Source of the DNA: Bifidobacterium breve
Lineage (GTDB): Bacteria; Actinomycetota; Thermoleophilia; Miltoncostaeales; Miltoncostaeaceae
Direction of reading: 5' to 3'
Assembly: GCA_945861935.1 (NCBI GenBank)
Contig: CAMAVU010000001.1
Span: 45,845 to 109,844, forward strand
DNA: 64,000 nt
Made by a program: the position numbers and the translations under genes
Part shown: positions 9,498-17,711 of the stretch, piece by piece
Layout: every line of letters starts with the position of its first letter
Position numbering within the stretch: position 1 is the stretch's first letter
Notes under the pieces: generated by a model
Seen by the model: only the letters and a program-made list of their open reading frames with translations
Told to the model about the DNA's origin: nothing
The model's database searches: none

Positions 9498-10553
9498 GTG
9501 AAGCGCAGGGTCCTCGCTGCGAGTGGGGCGCTGGTTGCCTCGGTTGCTCTCGTGGTCGCTGGGTGCGGGGGCGGTGACTCGTCCACAGAGAGCACGGCGT
9601 CCACCTCGGGTGGCGGATCGGGCAGCGCGGCCGTGGGCTCGGGGGCGACGTTCCCTGCCACCGCCTACACCCGGTGGTGCCAGGAGTCCGGCACCTGCAA
9701 CTACGCGGCCAAGGGCTCGGGCGGCGGTATCACGGACCTGACCGCGGGCACCGTTGCCTGGGCGGGGTCCGACGCGCCGCTCGACGCCGAGGAGCAGGCG
9801 GCCATCGGCGTGACCGTCTACTACTTCCCGACCCTGCTCGGTGCCATCACCGTGCCCACCAACATCGAGGGCGTTGACACGGCGATCAACCTCACCGGCG
9901 CTGCGGTCGCGGGCATCTTCGACGGGGACATCGCCAATTGGAATGACGCAGCCATCTCGGCGAGCAACCCCGGTGTGACATTCCCCGACAAGCCCATCGT
10001 GGTCTGCGTGCGTGCGGACTCCTCGGGCACCTCGTACAACTTCAGCATGTACCTGTCCGAGGTGAGTCCGGCCTTCGCCGGGAAGGTGGCGGCGGGGGGG
10101 AGCAAGACGCCCAACTGGACCGCCACCGTCTCGAAGAGCCCCGGCAACCCCGGCGTGGCGCAGTGCGTCAAGGACAATCCCAACTCGATCGGCTACGTGG
10201 ATCTGGGCGATGCCCAGCGTGCGGGCCTGAGCGCCAAGGCATCGGCCATCGGTGAGGACGGTGCCTTCGTCGCCCCGACCATCGCGGCCGTGAGCAAGGC
10301 CGGGGATGTGGTGAGCATCCCGGATGACCTCCTGGTGAAGGTCGTCAACAGCCCGGTGACGGGGGCCTACCCCATTACCGCAACCACGTGGGTTCTGGTC
10401 ACCGCCGGCGGGGAGCACGTATCGGATGTGAAGAAGGCCGTCACCTACTTCCTGGGCGACACGGCCCAGAGCCAGTTGGAGGGCCTGGGCTTCGCGCCGC
10501 TGCCCGAGCATCTCCAGGCGGCTGCGCAGGCCCAGTTGGGCAAGTTGTCGTAG
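9498..10553 (+). CDS. pstS: phosphate ABC transporter substrate-binding lipoprotein PstS
   Basis: A GTG at 9498 gives VKRRVLAASGALVASVALVVAGC (signal peptide plus lipobox). GSGATFPATAYTRW, AKGSGGGITDL and AWAGSDAPL match PstS-family motifs. No pstCAB follows in the window. Confidence 0.85.
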   Translation: MKRRVLAASGALVASVALVVAGCGGGDSSTESTASTSGGGSGSAAVGSGATFPATAYTRWCQESGTCNYAAKGSGGGITDLTAGTVAWAGSDAPLDAEEQAAIGVTVYYFPTLLGAITVPTNIEGVDTAINLTGAAVAGIFDGDIANWNDAAISASNPGVTFPDKPIVVCVRADSSGTSYNFSMYLSEVSPAFAGKVAAGGSKTPNWTATVSKSPGNPGVAQCVKDNPNSIGYVDLGDAQRAGLSAKASAIGEDGAFVAPTIAAVSKAGDVVSIPDDLLVKVVNSPVTGAYPITATTWVLVTAGGEHVSDVKKAVTYFLGDTAQSQLEGLGFAPLPEHLQAAAQAQLGKLS

Positions 10554-10561
10554 TGCTGGCC

Positions 10562-10608
10562 GCACCTCCTGTCGGCCGTGCCCGGGGGGTGCGGCCGACA
10601 GGAGGTGC
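10562..10608. terminator. strong GC-rich hairpin between convergent pstS and the inhibitor gene (intrinsic-terminator-like, no U-tract)
   Basis: A perfect 17-bp inverted repeat: GCACCTCCTGTCGGCCG (10562-10578) pairs with CGGCCGACAGGAGGTGC (10592-10608), with a 13-nt loop. It starts 9 nt after the pstS stop. Confidence 0.55.
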
Positions 10609-10743
10609 AGGTGGAGCGCGCCGTGCGAGGGCATCGCCCGGATGGTCGGCACATCGCGCCGCTCCCCGGCGGTCGTCGGGCTGGCCGACGATTCCGGCCC
10701 GGGGGCGGAGAGTGCGTCCGGCGAGCCCCGGTGGACCTGCCCG

Positions 10744-11166
10744 TCAGCCCCCGCCCGGCCCTCCGACCAGAGGCAGCAGGACTGGGGCGAGGGATTCGTA
10801 CCGGTCGATCTCGCACCCGTTCGTGCGTGTGAGGATGGTGTCCACGGGCTCCCCCGCCCATGTGCCGACCAGCGTGATCTGCTCGGGTCCCCCGTAGATC
10901 TCGGTGCACGCGCGGTCGCCGGGCACCGGGTCGAAGGCACCGCTCAGCGACTCGATCTGCTCGCAGGCCATCCGGCCGTCGGGGTCGTCGGCCGGGCACG
11001 CGAGATCCGCCTCGCGGGGCGTGCGCTCCGGCTCGGGGACATACGTGATGTGGATGGTGCCGGTGGCGGGCTCGCCGAGCACCCCGCCATCACCGCAGCC
11101 GGCAGCGCCCAGTGCGCCCAGGGCCAGAGCGCCCACGACCGCGCAGATGGCGGGCAGCCGTGCCAT
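10744..11166 (-). CDS. subtilisin-inhibitor (SSI, I16)-like lipoprotein
   Basis: An ATG at 11166 gives MARLPAICAVVGALALGALGAAGC (lipobox). The mature part has the SSI four-Cys layout (DLACPADDPDGRMACEQI ... RACTEIYGGPEQITLVGTWAGEPV...NGCEI), resembling TLTCAP...ACADL...CPMVYDPV..VDGVWQGKRV..NECE of Streptomyces SSI. Confidence 0.6.
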   Translation of the reverse strand: MARLPAICAVVGALALGALGAAGCGDGGVLGEPATGTIHITYVPEPERTPREADLACPADDPDGRMACEQIESLSGAFDPVPGDRACTEIYGGPEQITLVGTWAGEPVDTILTRTNGCEIDRYESLAPVLLPLVGGPGGG

Positions 11167-11407
11167 TACGTCACCCTCGCATGGACGGTGTCGGTACGCA
11201 CGGGCGATGTCCAGCCGGGCGGCACGCATGACCCCGGAGCACCCGCTCCGGCCCCGGCGGTGTCATCGTCCATGGTCACCTGCATGCCCCCCACCGTACC
11301 GCGTGTTCTCATTGGATGGTCGCCTCGTGGGTCGCGGAGTCGGTGGACTCCTCCGTTCCGATGTGCTCCTGCCGGAACTCCAGTGCGCCGGAACCCAGGT
11401 CGACGGG

Positions 11408-11755
11408 TTATGTCGCCGTGATGGTGAGCGTGTCGGTCTGGCTGGCAGGGCCCCCGCCTGCGGCGGGAATGAGGCGGACGCGAGGTCCGTGGTGCCCGCT
11501 CCAGGTCTCGTAGCCCGCTGCCCCGGGCGGGGCGTCCTCGCTGTCCGTCGGCTCGCACCCGGTGGACGAGGACAGGGTCACCACCGAGTCGCCGGATGGC
11601 GTCATCTGCCACTGGTACCCGGTGCCGCTGTTGCAGCCAAGCCCCACGACCACCGTGCCGCCAACCCCGGCGGCCGTCGAGCCGCAGCCCGCCAGCACGA
11701 TCCCAGCCGCGACACGCACTGGTGCGGCACACATGGAGACGCGCGAAGAGCTCAC
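11408..11755 (-). CDS. chagasin/ICP (I42)-like cysteine-peptidase-inhibitor lipoprotein
   Basis: 115 aa with the signal/lipobox AAGIVLAGC. CNSGTGYQWQM resembles the NPTTGYxW signature of chagasin-family inhibitors. Short beta-rich body. GTG at 11755, alternative ATG at 11734. Confidence 0.5.
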   Translation of the reverse strand: MSSSRVSMCAAPVRVAAGIVLAGCGSTAAGVGGTVVVGLGCNSGTGYQWQMTPSGDSVVTLSSSTGCEPTDSEDAPPGAAGYETWSGHHGPRVRLIPAAGGGPASQTDTLTITAT

Positions 11756-11779
11756 GGGAAAACCGCACCCGCCCCGACG

Positions 11780-13099
11780 TCAGGGAATGGCAAGGCGGGC
11801 GCAGCCGGCCTGCCGTGAGGCCTCGGCCACTGCGGACGACACGAGCGGCACGAGCCGCGTGCTGAAGACCGACGGCACCACGTAGTCGGCGGCCATCGCA
11901 CCCTCCTCGGCCACTACGCCCGCGATCGCGTGAGCGGCGGCCATCACGGCGTGGTCGGAGAGCGCAGTGGCGCGTACGTCCAGCAGGCCCCGCCACATGC
12001 CGGGGAACGCGAGGGTGGAGTTCACCTGATTGGGCAGGTCGGGTCGCCCGGTGCCGAACACCGCGACGCCCCCTGCATCCGCGGGGTCGAGATCCGGACC
12101 GGGCATGGACAGCGCGAACACGACCGGGTCGGCGGCCATGGCGGCCACATCCTCCCGGCCCAGTGACCCCGGCGCCGACGCCCCTACGTACACATCCGCG
12201 CCCCGCACCAGGTCGTGCACGGCCTCGTCGCTGTGGGCCATGCGCACCTCGCGCGCCCCGGCCGCCTCGGCCAGGCGGCCGAACGCCGTGGGCCCGGGCC
12301 CCGGTCCCGCCACGCAGATGGTGGTGTCGCCGATCGTGCGCCCGGTCACCCGGAGGCCGTTCAGCACGCCCGCCAGCAGCGCGGCCGCGGTGCCCTCGGC
12401 GTCGCCGTGCAGAACGGGGATGTCGAGGGCGCTGGCCAGGGCGTCCTTCAGGGCGAAGCACCCCGGCGCTGCGATGTCGGCGATGTGCACGCCTGCGAAC
12501 ACCGACGAGATCTTCACCACCACATCAGCCATGGCGGTGTGGTCGTCGAGGTCAATGGGCAGCGGGAATGCGTCCACCCCCGCCAACTCGCGCATGAACA
12601 GCGAGAGGCCCTCCAGCACCGGAAGCGACGCCAGCGGTCCCAGATCCCCTTGGCCGACCAGTGCCGACCCGTCGCTGATCACCATCACGCTGTTGCCCTT
12701 GATGGTGAGGTCCCAGGCGCGGTCGGGGTCGTCGTGGATGGCCATGCACACTCGCGCCACGCCAGGGGTGTAGGCCATCGAGAGGTCGTCGCGCGACCGC
12801 ACCGGGACCCGGCTGCGCATGGTGAGCATGCCGCCCTCGTGGGCCCGGAAGATGCCATTGGTCACATCGAGCACCTCGATGCCCGGGATGCCCCGCAGCG
12901 TGCTGACCATCTCATCGCAGTGGCGGTCGTCGGTGCCCAGCACCACCACGTCGCGCGTGATCGCATCGCGCGTGCTGCGCACGGTGTCCATGCCGCCCAC
13001 CTCGCCGCCCGCCTTGGTGATGGCAGCCATGGCACTGCTCAGGGAATCGGCGCCTACGGGGAACGCGGCACGGACGATCACACTGGCATTGCACGACAT
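11780..13099 (-). CDS. NAD(P)-dependent malic enzyme with N-terminal ACT domain
   Basis: 439 aa with an N-terminal ACT-like region, then LSMAYTPGVARVCMAI, GNSVMVISDGSALVGQGDLG and VAGPGPGPTA (dinucleotide fold), typical of short bacterial malic enzymes. Confidence 0.85.
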   Translation of the reverse strand: MSCNASVIVRAAFPVGADSLSSAMAAITKAGGEVGGMDTVRSTRDAITRDVVVLGTDDRHCDEMVSTLRGIPGIEVLDVTNGIFRAHEGGMLTMRSRVPVRSRDDLSMAYTPGVARVCMAIHDDPDRAWDLTIKGNSVMVISDGSALVGQGDLGPLASLPVLEGLSLFMRELAGVDAFPLPIDLDDHTAMADVVVKISSVFAGVHIADIAAPGCFALKDALASALDIPVLHGDAEGTAAALLAGVLNGLRVTGRTIGDTTICVAGPGPGPTAFGRLAEAAGAREVRMAHSDEAVHDLVRGADVYVGASAPGSLGREDVAAMAADPVVFALSMPGPDLDPADAGGVAVFGTGRPDLPNQVNSTLAFPGMWRGLLDVRATALSDHAVMAAAHAIAGVVAEEGAMAADYVVPSVFSTRLVPLVSSAVAEASRQAGCARLAIP

Positions 13100-13195
13100 G
13101 CAGGCGGCTCCGGGGACTCAGGGCACGGGCGGGGGAAGGCTAGCGAGCGAACACCCGGGTGGGGGGGTTCCGCGCCCCGGTCCGGTGTCCGTCCC

Positions 13196-14200
13196 CTATC
13201 GGGGCACGCGCTCCGTCACCAGTGCCCTGAGGTCTGCCTCCGGGCGCGCCCCGAGATGCCCGATCACCTCGGCAGCCGCCACGGCGCCCATGCGTCCGCA
13301 GTCGTGCAGGGTGCGCCCCTGAGTCCAGCCTGTCAGGAACCCGGCGGCGAACAGGTCACCGGCCCCCGTGGTGTCCACCACCCGGGTCACGGGCTCGGCC
13401 GGGATGATGTGCACGTCGCCGTCACCGATCACCAGCGCACCGTGTTCGCTGCGCGTGATGGCTGCCACCTTCACGAGGGGCGTGAGGGCGTGGATGGCGT
13501 CGTCGAGGTCGTCGGTCCCATACAGCGACGTGATCTCGCCCTCGTTTGCGAACAGGATGTCCACGTCGGCGTCCACGAGGTCGAGGAAGTCATCGCGGTG
13601 GCGATCCACGCAGAAGGGGTCCGACAGCGACAGCGCCACGGCACGCCCTTCGCCCCTCGCGATGCGCACGGCCTTGCGCATGGCTTCCTTCGCGCCGGGC
13701 GGGTCCCAGAGGTAGCCCTCCAGGTAGAGCACGGCCGAGTCGCGCACCAGGGCTTCGTCCACGTCGTCGGGCCCCATCTCGATGGATGCACCGAGGTACG
13801 TGCACATCGTGCGGTGGGCATCCGGGGTCACCATCACCAGGCACACAGCCGTCTTTGGACCCCCGGTGGCGGGCGGGGTGTCGAACCGCACGCCAGCCGC
13901 CCGGATGTCGTGCGTGAATACCCGCCCCAGATGGTCATCACGCACCCGGCCGATGAAGGCCGTTCGCGCCCCCAGCATCGCGGCGCCGACAACCGTGTTG
14001 GCGGCCGAGCCGCCCGAGCACTCCACCCCGGGCCCCAGGGTGCCGTACAGCGACTCCGCCTCCTCCGCCCCCACCAGCGTCATGCCGCCCTTGTTCACCG
14101 GCAGGCCGTCGATCACCGATTCGTCCACGTGCGAGAGCACGTCCACGATGGCGTTGCCGAGCGCGAGGATGTCGATCGAGGGTGGGGCGGGTGGTGTCAT
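13196..14200 (-). CDS. PfkB-family carbohydrate/adenosine kinase
   Basis: The ATG at 14200 is preceded by AGGAG. ILALGNAIVDV, SGGSAANT and the C-terminal DTTGAGDLFAAGFL anion-hole motif are present. The overall pattern resembles adenosine-kinase-type PfkB proteins. Confidence 0.8.
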   Translation of the reverse strand: MTPPAPPSIDILALGNAIVDVLSHVDESVIDGLPVNKGGMTLVGAEEAESLYGTLGPGVECSGGSAANTVVGAAMLGARTAFIGRVRDDHLGRVFTHDIRAAGVRFDTPPATGGPKTAVCLVMVTPDAHRTMCTYLGASIEMGPDDVDEALVRDSAVLYLEGYLWDPPGAKEAMRKAVRIARGEGRAVALSLSDPFCVDRHRDDFLDLVDADVDILFANEGEITSLYGTDDLDDAIHALTPLVKVAAITRSEHGALVIGDGDVHIIPAEPVTRVVDTTGAGDLFAAGFLTGWTQGRTLHDCGRMGAVAAAEVIGHLGARPEADLRALVTERVPR

Positions 14201-14252
14201 ACGGGCTCCTGAGCGTGGATGGATTCCGGGCGACGCCAACGCGGCACCGTGG

Positions 14253-14729
14253 TCAACGGCGTCGGCGGATCATGGCCGAGAGCAAGCCGATGGCGACGAG
14301 CCCCAGCGCGACCACGCCCATGATGGGCACCGCCGTGGGAAGTTCATCGCTCGGGTTCGGGACCGGCGGGGCGGGGAGGCCATCGTTGTCGGTTACCGTC
14401 GTGGTGGGGTGGGGCGATGGCGTCGCCTCCGTGGAGTGAGGCGACTGCACCCCGAGTTGGTCCTCGGCGGTGTCAATCGTCCCGGCAAGTCTTCCGGTGA
14501 TGGCCTCACTCACGCTATCCGCGAAGGCCCTGTACCGCACTCCCTTCCCCACCTGCTTCTCGGCGGCGGTCAGCGCGGTCCGCAGATCCTCAACGGTGTA
14601 CCGGCCATTCAGATAGGTGTCCACGAAATAGTCGGCGAAGACATCGTTTGGTGTCGCACTCGCGCCGATGGGTGTGAGCACGACAGCGAGCACGGCGAAC
14701 ACGGAAACGGGGCGGACCACATGTTGCAC
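14253..14729 (-). CDS. secreted protein with Pro/Thr-rich stalk and C-terminal membrane anchor (hypothetical)
   Basis: 158 aa. It has an N-terminal signal-like VSVFAVLAVVLTPIGASA and a helical domain. These are followed by a SPHSTEATPSPHPTTTV linker, a C-terminal TM segment (IMGVVALGLVAIGLLSAMI) and an RRRR tail. Confidence 0.5.
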   Translation of the reverse strand: MQHVVRPVSVFAVLAVVLTPIGASATPNDVFADYFVDTYLNGRYTVEDLRTALTAAEKQVGKGVRYRAFADSVSEAITGRLAGTIDTAEDQLGVQSPHSTEATPSPHPTTTVTDNDGLPAPPVPNPSDELPTAVPIMGVVALGLVAIGLLSAMIRRRR

Positions 14730-15192
14730 GTTAGACGCCCCGGCTGGGCCTCATCTGTGCCCGTGCATCCTCAGCAGCGACCACCGCGGCGATCACCAGC
14801 GTGCTCGGTGCGCTCCGACCGGCGGGCGATATCGTATTGCGACGCTCCCGGCTTCGCACTTTGCGCCGACCGGGTCACGACGCGCCCCGTCACCGATCAC
14901 TGGTGTGGGAAGCAGCCCAGCGGTGGACACGCCCGGGACGATGTCGACGGGCGATGGGGGCTCGAATATCCCCAAGCCCCTCGCGTTGGGTGGTCGGTGG
15001 GGCAGCGGGATGAGCAGCAGCGTCCCAGCCGCAGAGTCCTCGTGGTCGATTTCACCGATGTTCCCGATCCGTGGTGCGCGCGCCGGGGCCGGTCAGGGCC
15101 CATCGGTCCCCCGGAGAGGTGGCGTGGCCCTCCCCTTCGGCTCGTGCCCGGACTGTCAGTGCGACCGTGAGCGATGGCACTGTGCTCATCCA

Positions 15193-15837
15193 TCAGAACA
15201 GCGGGTAGAGCAACGGAGCGAACGCGGACGTCTGGAGGAAGGTGAACAGGGTGGCGAGTAGGCCGAGGACGACCGCGACCACCACGAGGAACCGGTTTCC
15301 GCGCGCGCCGAAGAAGGAAACCGAGCGCATGAGGCGAGATCCGGATACGAACCCCGCGATCGCCGTATGCGTGTGCGGGACCCAGGTCGCGTGCCTCCAA
15401 GCGGTGGCATCGGACCCCCGCACGAGCCACGGCTTCAGCCAAGGGCGCCGTTGCACTTGGTTCGGGCGGTTGATCAACCGGGCCGGAATGAGCGTGAGCA
15501 CGAACATCACGGCGAGAATCAGCACCAGGAATGCGGTGGCGAGCAGGTGGCCAACCATGCGGAACGGGGTCGCGATCACCCGCTCGAAGACGATTGGTGC
15601 GGCGAAGGCCAGGACCCAGATGGTTGGGATGAGCACGATGAAGGCCATGATCCACATCTGTGCCATGAGGGTATGGCGGAAGGCACCTACCGCGAACTGC
15701 AACGTGAGCACGATGGCCAGCGCCTGGACGGCAACGGCCACCCCCGCAAGCGTCTTCGTCTTCCGGATTGCCTCCACCCGCATACGGGTGAGGTGCCATC
15801 GGGATGTGCGAACAGGCGGGTGGTGGGGATCGGGCAT
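15193..15837 (-). CDS. membrane protein: SxtJ-like region fused to a DUF5989 (SxtK)-like C-terminal tail
   Basis: 214 aa, 4-5 TM, directly downstream of the carbamoyltransferase. The last 45 aa (MRSVSFFGARGNRFLVVVAVVLGLLATLFTFLQTSAFAPLLYPLF) resemble the small DUF5989 proteins that end in ...APFIYTLF. Assignment is from memory of family consensus, not a search. Confidence 0.55.
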   Translation of the reverse strand: MPDPHHPPVRTSRWHLTRMRVEAIRKTKTLAGVAVAVQALAIVLTLQFAVGAFRHTLMAQMWIMAFIVLIPTIWVLAFAAPIVFERVIATPFRMVGHLLATAFLVLILAVMFVLTLIPARLINRPNQVQRRPWLKPWLVRGSDATAWRHATWVPHTHTAIAGFVSGSRLMRSVSFFGARGNRFLVVVAVVLGLLATLFTFLQTSAFAPLLYPLF

Positions 15838-15854
15838 CGTCAGGGGTTCATCAC

Positions 15855-17711
15855 CTAGTCGAGGACGTAGTCTGCGAGCGCCATCGCGATTTCGTGGGCG
15901 TCCGGCATCGCAACGGTCTGGTCGGATCTCACGATGAGGGAACCGTCAAGAACGAGGGCGTCGATGTCGGTGAGGAGGAAGCAGCGAACCGCATCGAATG
16001 CCGAGCACACGATCGGTTCTCCGCGGACGTTGAACGACGTGTTTACGAGGACGGAGCATCCGGTGCGAACACGGAAGGCCACAAGCACGTCATGGAGAAA
16101 CGGGTGGTGCGCCGAAGCCACTGTTTGGACCCGTGCGGAGTAGTCGATGTGCGTAACGGCGGGGATCACACTCCGGGTCTCGTTGATGCGCTCGAAGCCG
16201 AGGGGGCCGTCGCGGTCGGCCTCCTTGCCGTCTCCCATCCGTAGTGCCTGCTGGACTGGGAATGTCTTCAGCATGTAGGGCGAGCGGAGGCCCGGCGGCA
16301 TCTCGAAATATGTGCACGCGTCCTCTTCGAGCACGATGGGAGCGAACGGCCGGAAGCTCTCCCGGTACTTCGTCTTGAGGTTGAGTCGTTTCTGCGTATC
16401 GGGATTCCGGGGGTCAGCGAGGATGGACCGGTTACCGAGGGCCCGTGGTCCGAACTCCATTCGCCCACGTGCGATGCCGACGACACTTCCCGATGCCAGC
16501 AGGTCGGCAACGGCGTCGGGCAGCGGGGTGCCGCCGAGATCCCGCGTGATGAGTCCGGCGTCCGCGAGGGCGTTGGCCGAACCGGTGTCCACCTGTCCGG
16601 GCGCTGGACCGAGGAACGCCCCAGCCATCCCGTCCTCGCCGTCCACAGGACGGGGGGATCCGAACTCGTGGTGGTCGACCCAGAGGGCCGCACCGAGAGC
16701 GCCGCCCGCGTCGCCGGCAGCGGGCTGGATCCAGACGCCGGTGAAGGAGTCTGAGCGCTCGAGAGATCCCATTGCGACGACATTCAGCGCGACGCCACCA
16801 GCGAGGCACAGGTTTGATGAGCCCGCTGACGTACATGCTCGTCGGGCGAGTGCAAGCACGGCACGGTTGGTCACCGCCTGAATACTCGCCGCGATGTCGG
16901 CGTGGATCTGCATCAGCGGTGCCTCAGGCGACCGGGGATCGGTTTCAAGGAGGGTTGCGAGGCGATCGGTGTAGGTGTGCAGCCCGTGCAGGTATGCGAA
17001 GTACGCTGGGTTCAGGCTGAATGAACCGTCCGGATCGAGGTGAATGACCTCGTCGAGCAGCGCCCCCTGAAACCGTGGTGCGCCATACGGCGCCAACCCC
17101 ATCAACTTGTACTCCCCCGAATTGACCTTGAACCCGCAGAACATCGTGAGGGCGCTGTACAGGAGGCCCAGCGAGTTGGGGTACTCGATCTCCTCGATGA
17201 GTGTGATGTCCCTGCCCTGCCCGTGGCCGATGGAACATGTGCTCCACTCGCCCACACCGTCGATCGTGAGGATTGCGCTCTCATGAAACGGGCTGGGATA
17301 GAAGGCCGACGCGGCGTGCGAGAGATGGTGTTCACCGAGGTGCACGCGGACCCGGGAACCGAGTGCGTGCTGGATTGCCTTCTCCACGGGAAACTTCTCG
17401 GGCATGAACGCCTTCATGGCGACGACGAAGGCGCGAGCGGCCGACGCGTTGCCCGTCAGGTACGTGGACAACATCCGCTCCAGCTTCAGCATGGGGGAGT
17501 CGTAAAACGCGACGACCGCGAGGTCATCCGGCACGAGACCTTCCTGGCCGAGGACGTACTCCACCGCACGATGGGGGAATCCGGCGTCGCCCTTCTCCCG
17601 GGTGAAACGCTCCTCTTGGGCTGCAGCGAGGATGCGTCCGCCGCAGGTCAGAGCGGCCGCGCTGTCGTGGTAGAACGCCGACACGCCGAGGACGTAGCGC
17701 TCATCTGGCAT
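15855..17711 (-). CDS. NodU/CmcH-family carbamoyltransferase
   Basis: 618 aa with YVLGVSAFYHDSAAAL, EERFTREKGDAGFP and C-terminal VNTSFNVRGEPIVCSAFDAVRCF, all hallmark motifs of the family. Confidence 0.9.
   Translation of the reverse strand: MPDERYVLGVSAFYHDSAAALTCGGRILAAAQEERFTREKGDAGFPHRAVEYVLGQEGLVPDDLAVVAFYDSPMLKLERMLSTYLTGNASAARAFVVAMKAFMPEKFPVEKAIQHALGSRVRVHLGEHHLSHAASAFYPSPFHESAILTIDGVGEWSTCSIGHGQGRDITLIEEIEYPNSLGLLYSALTMFCGFKVNSGEYKLMGLAPYGAPRFQGALLDEVIHLDPDGSFSLNPAYFAYLHGLHTYTDRLATLLETDPRSPEAPLMQIHADIAASIQAVTNRAVLALARRACTSAGSSNLCLAGGVALNVVAMGSLERSDSFTGVWIQPAAGDAGGALGAALWVDHHEFGSPRPVDGEDGMAGAFLGPAPGQVDTGSANALADAGLITRDLGGTPLPDAVADLLASGSVVGIARGRMEFGPRALGNRSILADPRNPDTQKRLNLKTKYRESFRPFAPIVLEEDACTYFEMPPGLRSPYMLKTFPVQQALRMGDGKEADRDGPLGFERINETRSVIPAVTHIDYSARVQTVASAHHPFLHDVLVAFRVRTGCSVLVNTSFNVRGEPIVCSAFDAVRCFLLTDIDALVLDGSLIVRSDQTVAMPDAHEIAMALADYVLD

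Noticed and set aside
12215-14212. 665-aa plus-strand ORF spanning the malic enzyme and PfkB kinase genes
   Set aside because: It is antisense to two well-supported genes, crosses their intergenic gap, and has an Arg/His/Gly-rich composition with no motifs.
14253-14340. Possible sortase sorting signal (ELPTAV followed by a TM helix and RRRR)
   Set aside because: The motif is LPTAV, not LPxTG or LAxTG (no Thr-Gly at the cleavage position). It is better described as a plain C-terminal membrane anchor.
15049-15189. 46-codon minus-strand ORF (MSTVPSLTVALTVRARAEGEG...) starting 4 nt after the SxtJ-like gene stop, considered as a separate SxtK-like gene
   Set aside because: It is not hydrophobic, has no DUF5989-like motif and lacks an obvious ribosome-binding site. 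The DUF5989-like sequence is instead the tail of the 214-aa ORF.
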